DNA of 64,000 bases. Origin: an uncultured delta proteobacterium. GTDB lineage: Bacteria > Desulfobacterota > Zymogenia > Zymogenales > Zymogenaceae. A program made the translations under genes and the position numbers. Below, piece by piece: positions 32,596 through 43,665 of the stretch. Positions within the stretch are counted from its first letter, which is position 1, and the number at the start of each line of letters is the position of its first letter. The stretch covers positions 384,001 to 448,000 of the forward strand of contig CAWBYW010000007.1 in assembly GCA_963792965.1 (NCBI GenBank), read 5' to 3'. The notes below the pieces were generated by a model. That model made no database searches, was not told the origin of the DNA, and was given only the letters and a program-made list of their open reading frames with translations.

Positions 32596-32944
32596 CGAGA
32601 TTTCTCTCTTGTTGACGGATGATGCCGGCATTACCTACTACAATGAGCATTACCTCAAGAGGTCAGGTCCCACCAACGTCATCTCGTTCGGTGTCGGCCG
32701 CGCCTTTGCGGCCGGCCCCGTTGTCCTGGGCGACATCGTCGTCAATATAGACGCCGCCCTTCGTCAGTCTGAGGTTCGGGGCGTTTCCCTCACCGACGAG
32801 ATCATCATCCTCACCGTTCACGGGCTCGTCCACCTTCTTGGGTTCACCCATGACGCGAAAGAAGGGGCGACCGAGAAGGACGGCCTCACTATGGAAGCCA
32901 AAGAACGGGAACTCCTTGCCCTCATCGAAATAGACGCCAATTGA
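32492..32944 (+). CDS. ybeY: rRNA maturation RNase YbeY
   Basis: PTNVISF, LGDIVV, VHGLVHLLGFTH. Confidence 0.9.
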   Translation: MTLLITKERHPKRIAQKTIIRRIQHLLEHLGRGNSEISLLLTDDAGITYYNEHYLKRSGPTNVISFGVGRAFAAGPVVLGDIVVNIDAALRQSEVRGVSLTDEIIILTVHGLVHLLGFTHDAKEGATEKDGLTMEAKERELLALIEIDAN

Positions 32945-32977
32945 AGATAAGAATACCCCTTTATCGTGGATGCCGTA

Positions 32978-34575
32978 TGAGAAGAAAAAAAACAGCCCGA
33001 GAAACAAAGATTACCGGTACTGCGCGTATCACGCCCGGCGATATATTCCTTGCCGTCGTCGGCGGGGCGCTCTTTGCCGCCTCGTTCCCGAAGATCGAGA
33101 TCCCGATCCTTGCCTGGTGTTGCCTGGTCCCTCTCCTGTTCGCGATCAGAAACAAAGAACCGGCACCGGCATCGATCCTGGGACTCATCTTCGGCATGTC
33201 GGCGTATATCGGGGTTCTCTACTGGACGGCCTTTCCGATATCCGTCTATGGGGGAATTTCGACCCCCCTTGCGATTCTATTCATGCTGCTCCTGGTTTTC
33301 TACGTCGCGCTTTATATCTCGGCCTTCGCGGCGTTTGTCTCATGGACCAGAATACGCTTTTCGATCCCCCCGTTTGTCTCGGCCCCGGTCGCATTCGCCG
33401 CGCTTGAATACCTGAGGGAATTCCTCTTCACCGGCTTCCCGTGGGGACTCCTGGGCCACTCCCAGCTGCCGTTCCTTCCTCTAATGCAGATCCTCGATAT
33501 CACCGGCGTCTACGGCGTCACCTTCGTCATCGTGGCGGCCAATGCCGCCCTCTTTTCGATCGTAGAGAGGGCAGTGGGCGAGCGGAAGCGCTTCCCCTTT
33601 ATCGAGACCGCCGTGTCCGTCCTCCTGGTTCTCGTCCTGGTCACCTACGGCGTCTTTGCGCTTTCCCGGGAGGAGTCGCTCATGAAAAAGAGCCGCGCCT
33701 TCACGGTCGCCATGATCCAGCCCAACATACGTCAGGACATTAAGTGGGACCCGACGTATCAGGACCAGACCATGAAGATATACGAGGAGATGACGCTCGC
33801 CACCGCCGACGAACATCCTCAGATCGTCGTCTGGCCGGAGACCGCGACTACTTTCTTCTTTCAGGATAACCCGGTCTACCGCCCCCGTGTCGAGGCGTTG
33901 GCCAGGCGCATGGACGCCTATCTCTTCTTTGGCACGCCTGCGTTCGAATACGAAGGTGGCGTGATGAAGTACTATAATCGGGCCTACCTCCTCTCGCAAA
34001 AGGGCGAGATCATCGGCCGCTACGACAAGATTCACCTCGTCCCCTTCGGAGAGTATATACCGCTCAGGCATCTCCTCTTTTTTGTCGATAAGCTTGCTTA
34101 TGGGGCTATCGGTGATTTCTCCACGGGGACGATCACCGACCCGATCAAGACGCCGATCGCCTCCATAGGATCCCTCATATGCTACGAGGCGATCTTCCCG
34201 GAATCGGCAAGGCTTTTCGCACGAAAGGGGGCTTCCTTGTTGATCAACATCACAAACGATGCGTGGTTCGGCACCACCAGCGCCCCGTACCAACACTTTT
34301 CCATGGCACGTCTGCGCGCCATCGAGACGCGCCTTTACCTGGTCAGGGCTGCAAATACGGGGATCACCTCCGTCGTCGACCCGACCGGGAGGACCGAGAT
34401 TGAGACCGCCATCTTCAAGAGGGTGGTCGCGATCGGAGAAGTACGTCCGCATGAGCGTATGACCTTCTACACGCGATTCGGCGACGTCTTCGCGCAGATC
34501 CTCGCGGCTTTCTTTTTCCTCCCTCTCCTGCTCGGCTTTTATGGTATAATTAAAAAGAAAATAAAAAAGGAGTAA
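32978..34575 (+). CDS. lnt: Apolipoprotein N-acyltransferase
   Basis: TGFPW, QPNI, VWPET, YDKIHLVPFGEY, ICYEAIF, TNDAWFG, RAANTG. Confidence 0.95.
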
Positions 34576-34577
34576 CC

Positions 34578-35691
34578 ATGGCATCGCAGCTTCCCTTTGA
34601 CCTGAACCATACCTATGAATCTTTTGAGGAGCGATTGGGCACCTTACGGAGGTATCTTTGATCCGGAAACGCTCCAAAAACGGCTCCTCGAGCTCGAGTC
34701 GATGATGGCCGCTCCCGACTTCTGGAATGATACGGCAAACGTCCAGAAATTCGGGAGGGAAAAGAGCGCGATCGAGGAACAAGTCAGGTGGCTCTCTCAG
34801 CGCAATAACGACTTGGAAGAACTTGCGATCCTGATGGACATGTATAAGGACGGAGAGCTCGGTGCGGTCCAGGAGATCCAGGCAAAGGTAAGAGACCTTG
34901 AAACGGCGTTCGCCGTCATGGAAACCAAACGGATGCTTTCCGATGAGGACGATAAGCTGTCGGCCATCGTCTCCATCAATTCCGGGGCCGGGGGCACCGA
35001 GGCGCAGGACTGGGCTGAGATGCTGTTTCGGATGTATTCTCGTTGGGCCGAGTCGAAGGGCTATCGAATCGACGTCGTCAACATGATGCCCGGAGACGAG
35101 GCGGGGATCAAGAACATCACGCTCCTGGTCGAGGGACAGTACGCCTATGGGTTTCTAAAGGCGGAAAGCGGCGTCCACCGCCTCATCCGCATCTCCCCCT
35201 TTGACACGGGAAAGCGCCGGCATACCTCATTCGCCTCGGTCTTCGTCTCCCCCGAGGTGGACGAAGATTTCGAGATCGAGATCAACGAGAACGACCTGAG
35301 GATCGACACGTTCCGTGCCTCCGGCGCCGGAGGACAGCACGTCAACAAGACCGACAGCGCCGTCAGGATCACTCACCTCCCCACCGCGATTGTCGTCACC
35401 TGCAGCAACGAGAAATCACAGCACCGAAATAAGGCGATCGCCATGAAGATCCTCAAGTCACGGCTCTACGAGAAGAAACTCGACGAAGAGCGGGCAAAAC
35501 AGGATGAGCTCCACCATCACAAGAAGGAGATCGCGTGGGGAAGCCAGATAAGGACCTATACACTGCAGCCCTACCGTTTGGTCAAAGACCACCGCACCGG
35601 ACTTGAGGTGGGCAACGTCGACGCGGTCCTGAACGGAGAAATCGACCGGTTTATCGAGACCTACCTGCTGTCGTCTCACCCGGTCCAATAA
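34578..35691 (+). CDS. prfB: Peptide chain release factor 2 with programmed +1 frameshift
   Basis: ATG 34578 reads to CTT TGA at 34656-34661 after internal GGAGG; +1 frame has SPF and GGQ motifs. Confidence 0.96.
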
Positions 35692-35713
35692 TAACAAGGG
35701 GGGGATGGGAATT

Positions 35714-37144
35714 ATGAGAGCGGGAAAAAAGAGCCTTGTTTTCCTTGCAGTTTTCGTCCTCATCGTCGTTGTTACCCTGATCGTGGCACCATCTTTCATT
35801 GACATCAATCGTTATCGCAACGACCTCACCGATATCCTTTCCCGAAAGCTCAACAGGACCGTGACGATCCAGGATATCCGTCTGTCGTTCATCACGGGTC
35901 TGTCTGTCATCGGGAGCTCCGTCACGATAGCTGACCCGCATCGACCCCAATACCCCCTTATCTCGGCCCCTGAGATCAGGGTCACGTTCGCAGTCCTGCC
36001 CCTCGTGTCCGGGCATATTACCATACGGCGGCTCACCCTGAAGAATCCCGTCATAACGCTTGTCCGCTATACGGATGGGACACTCAACACCGATGGTTTC
36101 GGGATGCCCGCCGGAGTAAGCACGACCCCGCAGCGACTGTCTATCCCTGTTTTGGGGATTTGGTTTATCCCTATCAAAGAGGTGCTCGTTCGATCGGTCA
36201 CGGTCAAAGACGGCGTCTTTTCTTACTTCAAAGAAGTACCGGCTCGAAAGGCCGAAACCCTCGTCCGGCTTAACGGCGTCGATCTCGATATGGGCTCAAT
36301 CGTCATACCGGCCGCCCCAGCGCCCGCGTCGGGCGGCGGCACGCTGGCCGCCCTCGCCGCCGATATCCGGGCCACGATCGCAGACGGCACTGTCGGGCCG
36401 GTACCGTTCACACGGCTTTCCCTGTCCGGCTCCCTGAAGGGAGGAACGGCGAGTTTGAGTAAACTGAAGGCAACGCTTTTCGGCGGTGATCTCACGACCC
36501 ATGGAACCGTTACGCTCACGGGGAATACATCAGGCGGGACGCTGAGCCTCTCGCTGACCAAGGCAAACGCCAACGAGCTTCTCAACGCGTTTTCGACCTC
36601 AAAGGATGCCTTGTGGGGGACGCTCGATTTCTCGGGAGACTATACGTTCCCGATCCACGGCTTTGCGGCAGGTCTTGGCGGTACCGGAAAGATTTTGCTT
36701 ACGGACGGCTATGTCGCCGACTTCAGCCTGCGCGACGAGCTGGCCAAGAGCCTCAAGGTTCCGCCCGAGGCCCTGCCCAAGGAGCTCGATACCGGGAGCT
36801 ATGATTCCATCGTAATAGACTACGTAATACACTCTGAGCGTGTTTCAAGCGATCACATCGCGGTAACGGCGCCGGTCTTCTCGGCCCTTGCTTCCGGATA
36901 CGTCGGATTTGACAAGTCGCTCTCCGTCGCAGGGAGGGTCACCCTCAACAGGGCGGCAACGATATCTTCCTTATACGGCGATGTGCTGTCCCTCATCGGT
37001 ATTCACGGCGGCCTTCTCGAGTCCTTCCCCTTCGTCGTCTCCGGGACGCTTGACCATGCGAAATTCTCCATTCCTCTGGTCGGCACCACGGAACAAGGAA
37101 TCACCGACATCTTCAAATCTTTCGGCATACCCCTCGGAAAATAG
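35714..37144 (+). CDS. AsmA family protein
   Basis: N-terminal TM, DINRYRNDL...LNRTV, C-terminal beta-rich AsmA-like region (VSGTLDHAKF). Confidence 0.8.
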   Translation: MRAGKKSLVFLAVFVLIVVVTLIVAPSFIDINRYRNDLTDILSRKLNRTVTIQDIRLSFITGLSVIGSSVTIADPHRPQYPLISAPEIRVTFAVLPLVSGHITIRRLTLKNPVITLVRYTDGTLNTDGFGMPAGVSTTPQRLSIPVLGIWFIPIKEVLVRSVTVKDGVFSYFKEVPARKAETLVRLNGVDLDMGSIVIPAAPAPASGGGTLAALAADIRATIADGTVGPVPFTRLSLSGSLKGGTASLSKLKATLFGGDLTTHGTVTLTGNTSGGTLSLSLTKANANELLNAFSTSKDALWGTLDFSGDYTFPIHGFAAGLGGTGKILLTDGYVADFSLRDELAKSLKVPPEALPKELDTGSYDSIVIDYVIHSERVSSDHIAVTAPVFSALASGYVGFDKSLSVAGRVTLNRAATISSLYGDVLSLIGIHGGLLESFPFVVSGTLDHAKFSIPLVGTTEQGITDIFKSFGIPLGK

Positions 37145-37183
37145 CCGTCCGGAATCCGTTTACCCTCCGCTTTCCCCGCGCGG

Positions 37184-37453
37184 TTAACGTGCTGTCGAAC
37201 TGCCAAGCCGTCTGTTCCGATAATATATCGCTATATCGATGAGGACCATCAACCCGTTGGCCCCGTAAAGGAAAATAACGGGATCACGGCTGTAGAGGAG
37301 TTTGTGGATTACCCCCGAGATGTACCCGACAAAGACGATCACCAAGAACCAGAAGCTCTTGCCCTTATTGGTTCTTGCCGCCCATGATTTGTAGATAGAA
37401 AAAGGCCACGCGCTCCCGAAACAGAGGAGCATGATGATCTCGAAAATACTCAT
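37184..37453 (-). CDS. Small PQ-loop-like membrane protein
   Basis: MSIFEIIMLLCFGSAWPFSIYKSW...KGKS, three TM helices. Confidence 0.75.
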   Translation of the reverse strand: MSIFEIIMLLCFGSAWPFSIYKSWAARTNKGKSFWFLVIVFVGYISGVIHKLLYSRDPVIFLYGANGLMVLIDIAIYYRNRRLGSSTAR

Positions 37454-37504
37454 TGGAGACCCCGTGTTGAAGCAGATACACATGTGGGATGAGCCAAAAG
37501 CGAG

Positions 37505-38266
37505 CTAATATCTACGGAACAATAGCACGGCCAGCGCCCCCATGACGACCCCGAATCCGGCAAGATAAATCAAGTCGACGACGGCCGAGAACTGGAAGAG
37601 ACCGATGGTGCTCCCCCTCATGAGGTCGACCCCGTAGGTGACCGGGTTCAGCCTCACGATTACCTTCAGCCAACCCGGAAGCGTCTGGACGGGGTACATG
37701 GCCCCCGAAAGAAAAAAAAGCGGCATGATGACGAAGTTCGAGATCGTCCCGAAGCCTTCATACGAATAGATCCGGCTGGCCAGCGCGATACCGAGCGAAG
37801 AAAGGGCAAGTGAAATGATGACCATGATCACAAGCAGTTCGGCGAACCCACCAACGCTGAGCTTTACACCGATCAGCGGCGCAAAGAGGAGCGTGATGCC
37901 GCCCTGCACCATCGCCTGGGTAGCGCCTCCCATGATCTTGCCCGTGACGATGGCCGTCCGAGGAATCGGGGCGACCAGGATTTCTTTCAAGAACCCGAAC
38001 TCACGATCCCAGACGATGGAGATGCCCGACCACATCGCCGAGAAGATCAGCGACATGGCCACGATCCCTGGAAAGATGAACTGGAGGTAGTCGACCCCGC
38101 CGTTCCCCTTAAAGATGGGCCTCAGGCCCATGCCGAAGACGACGAGCCAGAGAACCGGCCGCGCAAACGAGCCGTAAAACTGGTGCTTATCCCGGAGCAG
38201 CCTCTTGAAGTCCCTCAGCCAGATGATGAAGCTCCCGTAGAGAAATCGTGAAATATATTCGCCCAT
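37505..38266 (-). CDS. ABC-2 type transporter permease
   Basis: PGIVAM, WDREFGFLKEILVAP, FFLSGAMYP, NPVTYGVD. Confidence 0.92.
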   Translation of the reverse strand: MGEYISRFLYGSFIIWLRDFKRLLRDKHQFYGSFARPVLWLVVFGMGLRPIFKGNGGVDYLQFIFPGIVAMSLIFSAMWSGISIVWDREFGFLKEILVAPIPRTAIVTGKIMGGATQAMVQGGITLLFAPLIGVKLSVGGFAELLVIMVIISLALSSLGIALASRIYSYEGFGTISNFVIMPLFFLSGAMYPVQTLPGWLKVIVRLNPVTYGVDLMRGSTIGLFQFSAVVDLIYLAGFGVVMGALAVLLFRRY

Positions 38267-39255
38267 TATCTCCCCGTCCTTGCACGATGTACCTGACGCA
38301 AGAGTCCCATCGGCTCCCCGCCCTCTTCCTTGATGCCCCTCCCGGTCAGCTCTATAAAGACGTCCTCGAGCGACGGTTGAGTGATCGTCATCCCGTCGAG
38401 GTTGATATGCCGACGCATAAGGAGCCTGAGGGTGTCTTGTGTTCCATTGTTGCTGATGAACATCCGCTCGTTGACCTTCTTGAACGGCAGCCCGAGCTTT
38501 TTCACCTTCTCTTCGTTCCCGTCCTTCGACAGAAGAACAATCGAGTCCTTTCCGAGCCGCTTTTTCAGGTTTTCCGGTGAGTCCAGCGAGACGATTTTGC
38601 CCTCGTTGATGATGCCGACGCGATCCGAGCCGTCGGCCTCCTCCATGTAGTGCGTCGTCAAGAAGAGCGTGACGCCGAAGGTATTTTTAAGCTCCCAGAT
38701 ATATTCCCAGATGACTTTGCGGGTCTGGGGATCCAGGCCGATCGTCGGCTCGTCGAGAAAGAGGACCCGAGGCATGTGCAGGAACCCCCGGGCGATCTCG
38801 AGGCGTCTCTTCATCCCGCCGGAAAGCGTTTTGACGACCTTATCCTTGGATTTGGTCAGCTCCACCATGGAAAGGGCTTTGTCTATGCGCGGCACGATCT
38901 CCCTCCGGGGAATCCTGTAGAGTGCGGCGTGGAAATAGAGGTTCTCGTAGGCCGTAAGTCTCTCGTCGAGGCTCGGGTCCTGGAAAATGATGCCGATTCG
39001 CTTTCGGATTCGATCCGGCTCTTTCATGACATCGAAGCCCGCCAGCAGCGCGTGACCCGAGGTCGGCGGTATCAGCGTGGTGAGGATCTTGATGGTCGTC
39101 GTCTTCCCGGCGCCGTTGGGTCCAAGAAACCCGAAAGACTCCCCCTCCTTGACCGAAAACGAGATGTCGTTTACCGCCACGACGTCGTCGAACTTCTTGC
39201 TAAGGTGCTCAACCCGAATCATGTCCATTTGCCCACTCTGACGCTTTCCTTTCAT
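38266..39255 (-). CDS. ABC transporter ATP-binding protein (DrrA-like)
   Basis: GPNGAGKTT, LSGGMKRRL, LDEPT, TTHYMEEA; ATGA overlap with the RidA gene. Confidence 0.92.
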   Translation of the reverse strand: MKGKRQSGQMDMIRVEHLSKKFDDVVAVNDISFSVKEGESFGFLGPNGAGKTTTIKILTTLIPPTSGHALLAGFDVMKEPDRIRKRIGIIFQDPSLDERLTAYENLYFHAALYRIPRREIVPRIDKALSMVELTKSKDKVVKTLSGGMKRRLEIARGFLHMPRVLFLDEPTIGLDPQTRKVIWEYIWELKNTFGVTLFLTTHYMEEADGSDRVGIINEGKIVSLDSPENLKKRLGKDSIVLLSKDGNEEKVKKLGLPFKKVNERMFISNNGTQDTLRLLMRRHINLDGMTITQPSLEDVFIELTGRGIKEEGGEPMGLLRQVHRARTGR

Positions 39256-39653
39256 CTGGCCGCGATCGCCTCCACTTCTACGAGCATCTTGGGATGAGAG
39301 AGCCCGGATACGATCCTCAGCGTCCCGCCGGCGGGACCCGGCGTGTTGGGGAAATATTTCGCGTAGATCTCCGCGAACCGCCCCCATTCGTCGTACAGCC
39401 GCGCCTTCTCGGTGACCGTAACGCTCAGATAGACGATGTCCGAAAGCCCCATACCCGCCTTGCCGAGAATCTCATCGATACGCTGCGCCTCGTATTCGAA
39501 CTGCTCCAATGCGTCGGCGCCGACGACCTTTCTCATGTCGTCCATCGGCGGAATGCCGGAGACGAACACCATCTCCGTCGCACCCGTCACCTTGATCGCC
39601 CAGGGAAACCCCATGACGGGAAGCCTATCGTTCTTTATCTCGCTCTTTTCCAT
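39252..39653 (-). CDS. RidA/YjgF family protein
   Basis: VFVSG, LGKAGMGLSDIV, C-terminal LVEVEAIA. Confidence 0.85.
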   Translation of the reverse strand: MEKSEIKNDRLPVMGFPWAIKVTGATEMVFVSGIPPMDDMRKVVGADALEQFEYEAQRIDEILGKAGMGLSDIVYLSVTVTEKARLYDEWGRFAEIYAKYFPNTPGPAGGTLRIVSGLSHPKMLVEVEAIAAR

Positions 39654-39771
39654 GCTCGCCCACTCAGTGTTAAAAGCATATCATATCATATTTTCTTCGG
39701 CCCGGAAAGGAAATGCGGGGACAAAATCCCCGCATTTTTCGTTCAATCACCTGCTCTGTTACAGTCAATTT

Positions 39772-41142
39772 CTATTCAGATTCTTTCGCGCGTTTCAGCA
39801 CCCCGTCAACATCCTTCTCAAATATATCGACCATGTTGATTCCGCGCTTCTTAAGGCGCCATCGCCGCTCCAGGAAGAGGATCGAACCAAGGACGATCGC
39901 GCCCATGAAAATCGCCACCGATGTAAAGTCTTCTACAAACCCAAGGAGGATATAGACCAGCGCGAAAAAGAGCACGCCGATCGGGAAGAACCAGTACCAG
40001 AATCCTTTAAGCTTGAACGCCGCCTTTGCGTAGTGCTGTGGGAGTTTCTTCTTGATGCGCAGCGACGCCACCCCGATGAGGGCAGAAAACACCATCACGC
40101 CCATAACCGTAATGAACGCATACCGTTCGATGCTCTGACCCAAGAGTATCCCCACGACCCCGAGGAGCGTCACCACGCTGATCGATATCCACGGCGTCTT
40201 GAGGGCTTTCGAGGTCGCCGCAAGCCACCCCGGCATGACCCCGTCCCGGGCCAGTGCAAAGAGCTCCCGCGGACTCGTGGCAAGGATACCGTTGACCGTC
40301 GTAAAGGCCGCAAGGATCGCCCCGATTGAAATAAATGCGACCGCCCACAACGGCAGGAAGGTCTTTGCAGCCACGGCCACAGCGGCCTTCGTGCCCCCGA
40401 GGCTCTCGTACGGGAGTATCCCGGTGAGGACGAAGGTGGTGAGCAGATAGGCTACCGTAACCACCAAAAAGGAGATCAGGATCGCAAGCGGGATATTCCT
40501 GCTCGGCCGCCTGATTTCCTCCCCGAGCTCGGCCAGGACCATAAAACCGACGTACGAGAAATACGCCGGGATTGCCGCCATAACGACCGGCGAGAATCCG
40601 TGCGGCATGAGCGGCACGATATTCTCGGGTTTGATGAAGAAGACCCCTCCGATCCCAAAGAGCGCAAGCGCCAGCATCATGAGGATTACCATGAGGTTCT
40701 GGATCCAGCCGGTGAAAGAGATGCCGATGATGTTGATAAGGGCGAAGACGATCGTGACGACTATCGCCGTTTCCATCGGCGGGAGGCCCGGTATGAAGAA
40801 ACCGAGGTACTCCGCAAAGCCATACGCGACGAGGGGGATCCCGATGAGTGTTGTGATCATGATCGTCCAGACCGTCATGAAACCCCAAAATGGGCCCATC
40901 GTCCGGCTTACGGTGACGTAGTTGGCCCCGGCCACCGGCATTGAGCTCCCGATCTGCGCGGAAGTGAAACACATGAAGATCGCCGGGAGTGACGCGATCA
41001 GGTACGTCACCCAGAGGGCCGGGCCGGTCTTGAATGCGATCGGCCCAATCAGGATGAAGATCGACGCTCCGATGACGTATCCGATAAGGATCGACACCGC
41101 CCCGCCGAGCCCCAATCCACGCTTCAGTTCATCTTTAGCCAT
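39772..41142 (-). CDS. APC family amino acid permease
   Basis: LKRGLG, IGASIF, SYVGF...EEIRRPSRNIP, RELFALARDG. Confidence 0.92.
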   Translation of the reverse strand: MAKDELKRGLGLGGAVSILIGYVIGASIFILIGPIAFKTGPALWVTYLIASLPAIFMCFTSAQIGSSMPVAGANYVTVSRTMGPFWGFMTVWTIMITTLIGIPLVAYGFAEYLGFFIPGLPPMETAIVVTIVFALINIIGISFTGWIQNLMVILMMLALALFGIGGVFFIKPENIVPLMPHGFSPVVMAAIPAYFSYVGFMVLAELGEEIRRPSRNIPLAILISFLVVTVAYLLTTFVLTGILPYESLGGTKAAVAVAAKTFLPLWAVAFISIGAILAAFTTVNGILATSPRELFALARDGVMPGWLAATSKALKTPWISISVVTLLGVVGILLGQSIERYAFITVMGVMVFSALIGVASLRIKKKLPQHYAKAAFKLKGFWYWFFPIGVLFFALVYILLGFVEDFTSVAIFMGAIVLGSILFLERRWRLKKRGINMVDIFEKDVDGVLKRAKESE

Positions 41143-41193
41143 GTTTTACTCCTGCAAAAATGCCTAAGTCTCGTTTCTCTCTCTTATGCCGCC

Positions 41194-41989
41194 TCACCTT
41201 CCCCGATAGTTCGGTTTCCTTCTCTCGATAAACGCCATGGCGCCTTCGCGGGCGTCCTCGGTCATCGCACAGGCCATCATGGCCTCCGTCTCGTAGACGA
41301 GGGCATCCTCAAGGGATATCTCGCCCGATTTATTGAGGCACTCCTTGACCAGCCCCATCGGCACCGGGGCATGGCCCGCCATGAGTCGGGCCGTATCCAT
41401 CGCCTGGTCCATCAGCGCATCGGGCTTCACCACCTTCGACACGAGCCCGATCGAAAAGGCCTCATCGGCGTCTATTCTCCGCGCGGTAAGCATCAGCTCC
41501 CGGGCCCTCCCTAATCCGATGATTCGGGGCAGAAGGTAAGTCACGCCGTTTGTCTCAAAGAGCCCCACCTTTACCTCGGCGAACTCAAACGTTGCCCTCT
41601 CGTGATGCGATGCGGATGTCCGAGGCAATTGCGATCTCCGCTCCCGCCCCGACCGCGTAGCCGTTAAGCGCGGCGACGATCGGCTTTTTCAGCTCCACCA
41701 TCGCGCGGGTAATGTCCTGAATCTCCAAGAGCCCTTTCCGTACCGCAAAATAGTCGATCTGCCCGCCGAGGATCTCCCCCATTTCGGCAAGGTCCGCCCC
41801 CGCGGAAAAGGCCTTGCCCTTCCCGGTGATGACGACGGCCCGAACGATGTCATCATCGCGCGCCGCTCCGATGGCTTTTTTCAGATCCATCCAGGTCTGA
41901 CGCCGGACGGCGTTGCGGGCCTGTTCCCGAATAAATGTAATGACGGCAACCCCGTCGATTTTCTCAAGCGTGATATCCACAAATTCCAT
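41194..41989 (-). CDS. Enoyl-CoA hydratase/isomerase (apparent frameshift near 41603)
   Basis: AFSAGADL, KPIVAALNGYAVGAGAE, then FEFAEVKVG and EGAMAFIERRKP in the adjacent frame. Confidence 0.88.
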
Positions 41990-42029
41990 TTTCCCCCTCA
42001 TCTTCTTTCCAATCCATCTAAACGCATCC

Positions 42030-43634
42030 CTATTTGCCGCTCTCCAGGGAGGCGATGACGTCTTTGCGCAATCTGGTCCGGTCGGCCTTCCCGATACGCG
42101 TGATGGGAATATCGTCCTTGATAACGATCTTCTTCGGCACCTTGAACTTTGCCAGCTTTGACTCGAGAAATCGTAACAGACCGTCGGTGTCGACCTGCGT
42201 ACCCCAGACCGGGGCGATGAAGAGCCAGACCACCTCGCCGTATATCTTGTCGGGCACCCCGATGGCGGCGGCAAGCCCCACGTTCTTGTATTCGATCGCC
42301 ACTTCCTCTACTTCCGTCGGCAACACCGTATAGCTCCCCACCCTGATGATCTGCTTGATCCTCCCCTTGATATAGAGCCCTCCGTCCTCGGTCATATACC
42401 CGAGGTCGCCCGTCCTGCACCAGCCGTCCTTCGTGAAGCCGACCCTGTCCTCCTCCTCCATGTTGTAATACGATTTTATCGTCAGGGGGCCGCTGACGAT
42501 GATCTCTCCCATTTCTCCTAAAGGAAGCTCTTTGCCCTTTTCGTCGATGATCTTGATCTCTGTGTTTCCTATGGGCTTCCCGACATAACCGTCGGCTATT
42601 TTCGCAAAATCCTCGTCCGGTTCAGTAAACGTCACCTCCGAGCCCGCCTCGGTGCTCCCGTAACCGTTTATGACGACCGGCGCGATCTTCTCCTTGATGC
42701 CGGCGATCAGCTCGTGTGAGACTTTCTCGCCGGAAAGGACGGCAAGTTTGAGACACGAAAGATCGAACTTAGCAAGGTCGGGAAGAGACAGGATGATCGC
42801 GTACATCGTCGGCACGCCGCCGATCCACGGCACCTTCTCTTTCTGCGTCATCTCGAGGACTGCGTACGGGTTCCACGTTTCCATCATGATCAGCTCAAGC
42901 CCGCCCACGATCCCCGTCCCGAGGAACTCCACCGTACCCCCGACGTGGCTGGGCGGGAGCGCCGCCACCGACTTAATCCTGCCTGTTATCCCCTGGGGAG
43001 CCAGCCACTCGTCGAACATTTCGACTTCGACGTACGACATGTAGACGGAGTTTCGGTGCGACAGCAGGGCCGCCTTCGGGACGCCGGTCGTCCCTCCCGA
43101 GAAGACGATAAGGCTTCCGTCGTCGGGGTCGAGCGCCTCCTTTGCCTCTTTGAGTCGGTCGTCGAGCGAAAGCTCCATCTTCAGTAACTCCTCAAACGAG
43201 GCCCCGAAGACGTTTGATCCAACCGCAACCTTTTTTATCTCTGCAAATTCCCGGCCGAGCGCACCGAGGACGTCCACTATACTGAAGTCTTTTACGCCCG
43301 TTATCGAAACGATAAGCTTCGGTTTGGAGTGAGAAAGAAACCGCTCGAGGTCCGCCGCCCTGAACTTCGTGTCCATCGGCACGATGACCGCGCCGATCAT
43401 CTCGGCCGCAACAAGGGTTAGGACAAACTCGATGCCCGTCGGAAGGATGGAAACCAGACGGTCGCCCTTCCTGACGCCGAGATGAATGAAGGCCTTGGCA
43501 AGCTGGACAACCTGCCGCTGAAACTCTTCGGACGTCACGGTACGTTTACCCTCGCGCAGCGCCGGAAACGCGGGGTCCACCGTACTCCAGTATTCAACGT
43601 ACTGCCAGTAATAATCGAGAGCCGGAATCGTCAT
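42030..43634 (-). CDS. Acyl-CoA synthetase (class I adenylate-forming enzyme)
   Basis: FSGGTTGVPK, GYGSTE, RTGDLG, GRIK, GKADR. Confidence 0.92.
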   Translation of the reverse strand: MTIPALDYYWQYVEYWSTVDPAFPALREGKRTVTSEEFQRQVVQLAKAFIHLGVRKGDRLVSILPTGIEFVLTLVAAEMIGAVIVPMDTKFRAADLERFLSHSKPKLIVSITGVKDFSIVDVLGALGREFAEIKKVAVGSNVFGASFEELLKMELSLDDRLKEAKEALDPDDGSLIVFSGGTTGVPKAALLSHRNSVYMSYVEVEMFDEWLAPQGITGRIKSVAALPPSHVGGTVEFLGTGIVGGLELIMMETWNPYAVLEMTQKEKVPWIGGVPTMYAIILSLPDLAKFDLSCLKLAVLSGEKVSHELIAGIKEKIAPVVINGYGSTEAGSEVTFTEPDEDFAKIADGYVGKPIGNTEIKIIDEKGKELPLGEMGEIIVSGPLTIKSYYNMEEEDRVGFTKDGWCRTGDLGYMTEDGGLYIKGRIKQIIRVGSYTVLPTEVEEVAIEYKNVGLAAAIGVPDKIYGEVVWLFIAPVWGTQVDTDGLLRFLESKLAKFKVPKKIVIKDDIPITRIGKADRTRLRKDVIASLESGK

Positions 43635-43665
43635 GTCTTTACCTCATCGCTCATGTCATGCCGCT

